The notes under the pieces: model-generated | Told to the model about the DNA's origin: nothing | Database searches by the model: none | What the model saw: the letters and a program-made list of their open reading frames with translations, nothing else | Made by a program: the position numbers and the translations under genes | Shown: positions 57,970 through 64,000 of the stretch, one piece after another | How the letters are laid out: the number at the start of each line of letters is the position of its first letter | How positions within the stretch are numbered: the stretch's first letter is position 1 | Source of the DNA: Candidatus Eiseniibacteriota bacterium | Lineage (GTDB): Bacteria; Eisenbacteria; RBG-16-71-46 | Assembly: GCA_031370785.1 (NCBI GenBank) | Contig: JANMQY010000144.1 | Location: 32,001 to 96,000, forward strand | Direction of reading: 5' to 3' | DNA length: 64,000 bases

Positions 57970-59355
57970 CTACGCCGCGCGCTGCTCCTGGCCGCCTTCG
58001 GTGCGCTCGAGCGTCCGCGACAGCGCATCGAGGCAGTTGCCATCGAGGCCGCAGCCGCGATCCTTTTCCATCAGTCGTAGCGCCACGTCTTCGGGCAGCG
58101 CCGGGCGGTAGGGACGCGCGGTGGTGAGTGCGTCGTACACGTCCGCGGTCGCGAGAATGCGTGATTCGCGCGAGATCTGATCCCCAGCGAGCCCGCGGAA
58201 GTAACCCGAGCCGTCGATCCGCTCGTGATGCGCGGCGGCGGTCTCGGCCAGCGCGTCGAAGCCGCGGATGTGCGTGAGAATCCGCAGCGTGTAGTAGGGG
58301 TGCATCCGCACCACTTCCCACTCCTGGGCGTTGAGCGGTCCCGGCTTGTCGAGAATCGAGTTCGGCACCGAGAGCTTGCCGATGTCGTGGAGCAGCGCGG
58401 CACGCTTGAGCGAGGCGCGCGCCGCCGGCGCCATGCCGAGCTCGTCGGCGATCTGCACCGACACGTCGGTCATGCGCCGCGAGTGCTGCGAGGTGAACGG
58501 CGACTTGGCGTCGACCACGTCGGCGAAGCCGTGCGCGATGCGGTCGAGCGTTCCGGGGCCTGCGAGCAGCGCGGCACCGCCCGGCTCCCGATCGCGCACC
58601 GCCTCGCGCAACCCGGTCTCGTCGAGCGCGCACCAGCGCCCGAGCAGTTCCTCGAGTCCGGCACAGGCATCGATCAGCATCGGGTCGAACCAGCGACCGC
58701 TCCGGCGCGCGACCATCGCGAGCGCACCGCGCGGACCGTCGATCATGGCGAACGCCTCGAGTGTCTGGGCGACGCACAGGATGCGCGAGAGCAGCGGGAT
58801 CTCGGAGCCGGACATGCCGCGCGGATGTCCGCCGCCGTCCCAGTGCTCGTCGAGATTGCGTACCGCCTCGGCGGCGCGGTGGCCGAAACCAAGGCGTTCG
58901 ACGATGTCGGCGCCGCGCACGCAGCGCGTCTCGACCAGCTCGACCGCCGCCTTGTGTCCGGCGCGCGCGAGTGAAACCACCCGGAGCATGCGCTCGAACC
59001 ACGACGCTCCGGGCGAGGCGTGGGCCATCGCATAGCGCGCGGCATTGAAGTAGTTGGCCCAGTCCACGCGCATCAGATCGTGCTTGGCGATCCGGTCGTC
59101 ACCGCCGAACAGCTCGAACACCCGCGCCGAGTTGCTCGAGCAGCCGGCGTCCTTGAGCAGCAGGGCGTAGTAGAGATCGCGCTGCTCGGTCAGCGACAGC
59201 CTGAGGGTGTCGCCGAGGTGCATGCCGATCAGGCAGGCGCGCAGCGAATGGCCCATGGGCTGGCCTTCGGTGAGGTCGAGCGCGAAGGAGAGTGCGGAGA
59301 GCACTTCCGAAACGCGGACCGATTCGGCGGGTACCAGGCTGGGTGCGGTTCTCAC
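57970..59355 (-). CDS. Tandem HD-GYP domain protein
   Basis: GHSLR..LLKDAG..EHWDGGGHP; HSRR..LLHDIGK..HHERIDGSGYF..ADVYDALTTARPYR. Confidence 0.9.
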   Translation of the reverse strand: MRTAPSLVPAESVRVSEVLSALSFALDLTEGQPMGHSLRACLIGMHLGDTLRLSLTEQRDLYYALLLKDAGCSSNSARVFELFGGDDRIAKHDLMRVDWANYFNAARYAMAHASPGASWFERMLRVVSLARAGHKAAVELVETRCVRGADIVERLGFGHRAAEAVRNLDEHWDGGGHPRGMSGSEIPLLSRILCVAQTLEAFAMIDGPRGALAMVARRSGRWFDPMLIDACAGLEELLGRWCALDETGLREAVRDREPGGAALLAGPGTLDRIAHGFADVVDAKSPFTSQHSRRMTDVSVQIADELGMAPAARASLKRAALLHDIGKLSVPNSILDKPGPLNAQEWEVVRMHPYYTLRILTHIRGFDALAETAAAHHERIDGSGYFRGLAGDQISRESRILATADVYDALTTARPYRPALPEDVALRLMEKDRGCGLDGNCLDALSRTLERTEGGQEQRAA

Positions 59356-59538
59356 ACCGCAAGTATCGGCTCGCGGAGGGATTCGATTGAGCGTGGGCGC
59401 GTAGAAAACCGGCCGTGCGCGCGGATTTTCGGCTCATCGAACCTGCGGGCTGTGGCGCTCGACCCATCTCGCTCCGGGGGTCGGGCGATTTGCAAGCGAG
59501 CGCGAGGCCGACGGGCGGAACGCCTCCCGAGATTGCGC

Positions 59539-59565
59539 GGCGTGTCATCTTTTCACTGACACGCC
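59539..59565. repeat. Perfect 9-bp inverted repeat
   Basis: GGCGTGTCA-N9-TGACACGCC. Confidence 0.6.
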
Positions 59566-59990
59566 TGGGAGCTGCTCATGAACGCAATCATCGCGAGAGG
59601 CCGATCGCCTAAGAGATCCGAGCGGTGATCGCAGGCGAGCGTGACCGGCACGCCATCGACCAGCACCGCGATCTGGCGGTCTTCGCCGCCGCGCAGCGCC
59701 GGCTGGGCTTCGCCACGCGAGTTCGCGCGGACCACCACCAGCGGCATCGAGCGCAGGACCTGTTCGAGCGTCGGAGCGGGACGCACCGTGGCCGAATCGG
59801 GCACCACGCCCACGGCGCTCGAGCCTCCGGTCGCGGTGCGCGGCCTCGCCGCCCTCACCGAGACCGACGGCACGTGGTAGATCGCGGTGTCTCCAGGGGC
59901 TGGAGCAGGAGCCGATTGGGCGTGCGCACGGGTCCAGCTCATCAGCGTCAGGAACGAGGCAACCAGGAGGATGCGGGGCATGGGAGGCAT
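59553..59990 (-). pseudogene. Truncated TonB-dependent receptor (signal peptide + partial plug)
   Basis: Signal peptide, VSVRA TonB-box-like, NSRGE..LRGG..RQIAVLVDGVP, then early stop; no barrel. Confidence 0.7.
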
Positions 59991-60199
59991 CAGTCTGCGG
60001 GATCTCCCGGAGCCTTCGCCATCGGAATTGGCTCTCCGCTCTCGTGCCCCGGGCACTCGAGCATGGGCAGGCGCGGATAGCGCGCATAGCGCGGATCGGA
60101 CGCCGAGCGCGCGCACAGCCAGAACCGGCTGCGCGGGGTGGCCACGATGCGGGCGTGCCGGCAGTGGGCACACAGGCCGATGGCTTGCGATTCGGAGAT
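59990..60199 (-). CDS. Small 4-Cys protein (69 aa), non-canonical ATC start proposed; absent from ORF track
   Basis: AAGGAG 8 nt before ATC; GLCAHCRHAR..FWLC..DPRYARYPRLPMLECPGHE; its TGA overlaps the next ATG. Confidence 0.65.
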   Translation of the reverse strand: MSESQAIGLCAHCRHARIVATPRSRFWLCARSASDPRYARYPRLPMLECPGHESGEPIPMAKAPGDPAD

Positions 60200-60281
60200 G
60201 GAACGGACTCCTTCCCTTCAGGCCAGGGCCTCGCTCGCGATCACGATCTCGCGGGTTTTCACCCAAACTCACCGTGTTCAC

Positions 60282-60411
60282 TGTCGGCCTTGGCGACAAT
60301 TCTCGTGACGAGGAGTTTCTCCGAGCCGGGTCGCGAGTATCGATTCTGGTTCTATCCGGGCAAGTGCGAAGAGCTTAGGACATGGTTCCGGTTCACGGTA
60401 CGCGAATTGCG
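60282..60411 (+). promoter_or_regulatory. Sigma54 promoter with upstream palindromic enhancer-like site
   Basis: CGGTACGCGAATTGC (GG-N10-GC) at 60396-60410; TGTCG-N7-CGACA at 60282-60298. Confidence 0.55.
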
Positions 60412-60471
60412 TGAGCCAGCGCGCGGAATTGATGCCCCCTGGCCGTCGGCCCCCCACAAAAGAAGGTTCAG

Positions 60472-60774
60472 ATGAAGAAGATGCTCCTGACTCTGGCCGC
60501 GCTGGTCGTGATTGCGGCGCCAAGCTTCGCGTACGTTCAATCCGGCAACCTGCCGTCCATGCCCGCTGGTAGCCTGCCGGTCGCGGATAACGGCGGCATC
60601 GGCATGGAAAATGTCGGCATCGGCGCTCTTACTCCTCCTGGCAGCACTCCGATCGAGCCGCTCGGCGATCAGCCGCCGACGCGCCCGGTTCCCGAGCCGG
60701 CCACGATGGTGCTGGCTTCGATGGGCCTGCTGGCGCTCGGCGCCGCCGGTCGCAAGCGTCGCAGCCGCAGCTAA
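60472..60774 (+). CDS. Minimal PEP-CTERM protein
   Basis: Signal peptide; VPEPATMVLASMGLLALG then RKRRSRS. Confidence 0.9.
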   Translation: MKKMLLTLAALVVIAAPSFAYVQSGNLPSMPAGSLPVADNGGIGMENVGIGALTPPGSTPIEPLGDQPPTRPVPEPATMVLASMGLLALGAAGRKRRSRS

Positions 60775-60814
60775 GGCGAGAGACATCCCCTAGGCCCCAC
60801 ACTCCAGGTTCCAA

Positions 60815-60851
60815 CGGCGGCGAGAAAAATCTCTCGCCGCCGCGCTGTTTT
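60815..60851 (+). terminator. Terminator hairpin
   Basis: CGGCGGCGAGA / TCTCGCCGCCG followed by CGCTGTTTT. Confidence 0.65.
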
Positions 60852-60899
60852 AGGGGCCGAAGTGAGTGGGCACCGCGGCGTGCGGTAGTATCCCCGGCC

Positions 60900-63098
60900 A
60901 TGTCGCCGCGGCCGAATGCCCCGCAGAATCGCGATGCGCGACGCCCCGCGCGGGTGCGCCCTCGAGCCTCCCAGCCCGCTCTGTGGTCCATGCACGCGCC
61001 GCCCGCGGGGGATCCTCAGCTCGAGGTGCGCGACACGCGCATCGGGCTGGCGGTGGTCGCGGCGCTCGGGCTCGCGCTGCTTGCCATGGCGGCCGGGCCT
61101 CACCGGATCGGCGACTACTTCACCGAGACCGACTTCTACGGCGCCTATGCGCAGGGCGCCCGCCTCATACAGCACGGTCACTTCGTTCCTGCGCGCTACG
61201 GCGTGGTGGGTCCTGGCTACGAGACGGCGCTCGCGTTGGTCGGCTTCGCGCTGCCGGATCTGTTCCTGGCCGCCGAAATGCTCTCGCTGCTCTCGACCGT
61301 CGCGGCGCTCCTGCTGTGGTTCGGCCTGCTGCGCCGCCGCGCTGGTTTCCGGATCGCGCTGATCGCACTCTTCCTCATGGCGCTCAATCCATTCGTCTTT
61401 CGGTATGGCTACGCCGCCAGCACCGACGCATTCGCGCTGGCGCTCGTCTCGCTCGCGCTCTGGCTGCTGCTGACCCGGTCCGGTCCGGCTGCCCGGGTCG
61501 GCGCGGGGCTCGTCACCGGGCTCGCGTTTCTGACCCGCTACAACGCGCTCGTCCTGCTGCCGGTCGCGTGGATCGTGAGCTGGCGTGGCGGCGCGGGCGG
61601 CGCCCGTCATCCCTCGGCCGGCGCTGCCAATGAGACCGGTTCAGCGCCGGCGCGGCGCGCTCGCGCGGCGGACGCGCTGCTCTTCACCCTGGGCTTTCTC
61701 GCGCCGGTCGTGCCGTGGGTGCTGTACTCGCTCGCGCATGGCGGGGGCTTCTCGTTCCAGCTCCACCACAACATCGCGTACGAAGTCTTCGCGCGCTCGC
61801 GCGGCATGGTGTGGGACGAGTACCAGAAGACCCTGCAGCCGCTGTTCCACAACCTGTGGGACGTGATCCGGCGCGATCCGCCGGCGGTGTTCGCGCGCAT
61901 GGCGTTCAACGTGTTCGATCACCTGCGCCTCGATGGGCTGCGCCTGCTGGGCTGGCCGGTCGCGCTCGCCGCGCTCGGCGGCGCACTCCTGCTGCGCGGC
62001 GAGCGTGCGGCCGACGGCTGGGCACTCAGTCGCGCGCTCGCGCCGGTACTGCTCGCCGGCGCGTTCCTGTTCCTGAGCGTGGTGCCGGCCTTCTACTCCG
62101 AGCGCTACTCGCTGCCACTGGTGCCGGTCTACGCGACGCTCGCGGGGGTGGCGTTCGGCTCGCCGCGCTTCGCGTTCGCGCTCCGGAAGCCCGCCGGGGT
62201 GTGGCTGAAGGGCGTTCTTTTCGCCCTGGTGCTGCTCGCTTCCGTCTGGCAGTCGGTGCGCTACCAGCTTCGTGCCGTGGACCAGCTCCCGGTCGAGGTG
62301 ATCGAGGCCGCGCGCACGCTGCGATCGCTGGCCCACCCCGGGGACCGGGTGATCGCGCGCAAGCCGCACCTGGCGTTCCATTCGGGCGTCGAGCCGGCGC
62401 CGTTTCCGTTTACCGAGACCATCCCCGAGCTGGCGAGCGCGGCACGCGCCGCTCACGCGCGCTGGCTCTTCGTGTCGTGGCCGGAGGTCGAGACCCGCCC
62501 CAGCTACTGGCACCTGCTCGATACCACCGGGGTCGTGCCCGGGCTCATCGTGCGCCACGTGACCGCGCCGCACCCTTCGGTGCTCTACGAGATCGGGCCC
62601 GGCTTCGGAGCCCTGCCCACGTGGTACGCGAACGACACCACGCGTGCATGGCACACCGCGCGCGCGCAGGCCATGGTGACCCCTCGCGACGCGAAGGCAT
62701 GGTTCACGATCGGGCTGGTCGAATGCCACCGCGGCGCGCTCGACTCGGCACGCGTGCATCTGGAACGGGCGCTCGTGATCGATCCGCGCTACCTTCATGC
62801 CATGCTGGTCCTGGGCGAGGTGCACCTGCTCGAGAACGACGTGGCGGGCGCGAGAGAGACCTACTCCCGGGCGATCGCGCTCGACCCGGGAAGCGTGGAT
62901 GCGCAGATCGGCCTCGGATGGACCTATCTTCTCGAAGGCCGCGACGCCGAGGCCGCGGCGCGCTGGCGGCCGCTGGTGGATCGAACCGAGGACCGGGAGA
63001 CTCTGTCTCGCATGATCCAGCTCTTCGCATCGACCGGAGATCGTGAAGCCGCCGCGGCCGCCGCGGCGCGCCTGCGCGCGCTGGCGGGCCCGCGATGA
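60900..63098 (+). CDS. GT-C (PMT/ArnT-like) membrane glycosyltransferase with C-terminal TPR
   Basis: ETDFYGAY after TM1, NPF..STD, LTRYN, ERYSLP; TPR repeats (ALVIDP, AIALDP). Confidence 0.78.
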   Translation: MSPRPNAPQNRDARRPARVRPRASQPALWSMHAPPAGDPQLEVRDTRIGLAVVAALGLALLAMAAGPHRIGDYFTETDFYGAYAQGARLIQHGHFVPARYGVVGPGYETALALVGFALPDLFLAAEMLSLLSTVAALLLWFGLLRRRAGFRIALIALFLMALNPFVFRYGYAASTDAFALALVSLALWLLLTRSGPAARVGAGLVTGLAFLTRYNALVLLPVAWIVSWRGGAGGARHPSAGAANETGSAPARRARAADALLFTLGFLAPVVPWVLYSLAHGGGFSFQLHHNIAYEVFARSRGMVWDEYQKTLQPLFHNLWDVIRRDPPAVFARMAFNVFDHLRLDGLRLLGWPVALAALGGALLLRGERAADGWALSRALAPVLLAGAFLFLSVVPAFYSERYSLPLVPVYATLAGVAFGSPRFAFALRKPAGVWLKGVLFALVLLASVWQSVRYQLRAVDQLPVEVIEAARTLRSLAHPGDRVIARKPHLAFHSGVEPAPFPFTETIPELASAARAAHARWLFVSWPEVETRPSYWHLLDTTGVVPGLIVRHVTAPHPSVLYEIGPGFGALPTWYANDTTRAWHTARAQAMVTPRDAKAWFTIGLVECHRGALDSARVHLERALVIDPRYLHAMLVLGEVHLLENDVAGARETYSRAIALDPGSVDAQIGLGWTYLLEGRDAEAAARWRPLVDRTEDRETLSRMIQLFASTGDREAAAAAAARLRALAGPR

Positions 63099-64000
63099 GC
63101 GCGCGCCTGGTTCGAGGCGTCTCCTTCGCGGCGCTTTTCGCCTCGCTCGCGCTGAACTCCACCGGATGCGCGCACGCGCCCGTCGCCGGCGCGGCGAGCA
63201 AACCCGCGGCTCACGCCAGGGCGCGTGTCATCCCCGAGCCGCCCGATGCCGACTCGATCACGATCGCGCTCTGGCATCTGGATGAGACCGGAGGGACGCG
63301 CGTGGCGGACTCCGGGCCGTTCCGGCTCGAGGCGGTGAGCGGCATCGACACCCGCCCCGACTTCGGGCGCTTCCGCGACGCGCGCCGATTCGTCCAGTCC
63401 CTCGACTCGTTCGTCTACGCGCCCTACAACCCGATCTTTGATTCGGGCAGCGGACTCACCATCGAGGCCTGGATCCAACCCACCGCGTACGGTGTCTACG
63501 AAGACACTCCGATCGCCGGCCGCTGGACCCCGCTCGCCAACCAGCAGAGCTGGTTGCTCGCGGTGGTCGGGCGCCGCCTGAGTCCGCCGGGAGCGGCGTT
63601 CGGAAGCCCGGGTGATCACACGGGTCTGGTGAGCCAGGGCCGGTTCGGCGCGCTGATGTTCGCGTTCATGCCGGCCGACGCCGGGCTGCCGCGCGCGTAC
63701 TTCTCGAACCGCTCGATCGAGCTGAACCGCTGGACGCACGTGGCCGCGACCTCGGATGGCGCGGTCGTGCGCCTGTACATCGACGGCCTGCTGGACTCGC
63801 AGTATGCGACCACCGGCCGGATCCGCCCGACCGAGGCGCCACTGATGCTCGGCAACTACTTCGATCCGCGCCGGCTCACCGACTTTGGCGGGGACCTGCG
63901 CGTCGATTCGAGCCTCGACCCGCGCCCGTATTACGCGTTCCAGGGGCTGATCGACGAGGTGCGCCTCTCGAGCGCCGCCCGCAGCCGATTCCCGAGCACC
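63095..64000 (+). CDS. LamG/ConA-like domain lipoprotein (runs off window)
   Basis: ATGA overlap; lipobox-like STGC; ALWHLDE, LTIEAWI, WTHVAAT, LYIDG, FQGLIDEVRLS. Confidence 0.85.
   Translation, partial: MSARLVRGVSFAALFASLALNSTGCAHAPVAGAASKPAAHARARVIPEPPDADSITIALWHLDETGGTRVADSGPFRLEAVSGIDTRPDFGRFRDARRFVQSLDSFVYAPYNPIFDSGSGLTIEAWIQPTAYGVYEDTPIAGRWTPLANQQSWLLAVVGRRLSPPGAAFGSPGDHTGLVSQGRFGALMFAFMPADAGLPRAYFSNRSIELNRWTHVAATSDGAVVRLYIDGLLDSQYATTGRIRPTEAPLMLGNYFDPRRLTDFGGDLRVDSSLDPRPYYAFQGLIDEVRLSSAARSRFPST

Noticed and set aside
60218..60262. 14-aa minus-strand ORF (MKTREIVIASEALA) just before the Cys4 gene
   Set aside because: Too short, weak SD, no independent support
59991..60300. Cobalamin riboswitch upstream of the TonB receptor remnant
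   Set aside because: Only scattered GGGAA/CCACTG words; the region is better explained by the Cys4 coding sequence
1..64000. CRISPR arrays, IS/transposases, integrases, prophage, tRNA/rRNA, defence systems
   Set aside because: No regularly spaced repeats, mobile-element motifs or RNA-gene signatures recognised by eye

Overview
GC-rich (by eye about 70%, not computed) chromosomal segment with ~55 genes, mostly on the + strand. Gene style suggests an FCB-related lineage such as Candidatus Eisenbacteria (inference from C-terminal TWGxxKxxY tails, FlgD/T9SS-like CTDs and GT-C/TPR paralogs). Housekeeping blocks: queE-queC-queD; an ArgR-box-preceded argRCBDG-argH(A)-argF operon with an ArgH-GNAT fusion; class II ribonucleotide reductase nrdJ; a mycobacterial Sdh1-like succinate dehydrogenase; several transporters. 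The rest is rich in secreted and envelope proteins carrying three kinds of C-terminal tail (PEP-CTERM, T9SS-like/FlgD CTD, and a short TWGxxKxLY tail), interspersed with three GT-C-like membrane glycosyltransferases. The TWG tail plus these enzymes is my best candidate for an uncharacterised surface-protein sorting/glycosylation system. Other notable signals: apparent CTG/ATC start codons (one gene is absent from the ORF track), leaderless promoters, an in-frame TAG at the conserved Lys of a CDGSH motif, and several decayed genes. No rRNA, tRNA, CRISPR array or mobile element was recognised. Family calls come from motif recognition, not database searches.
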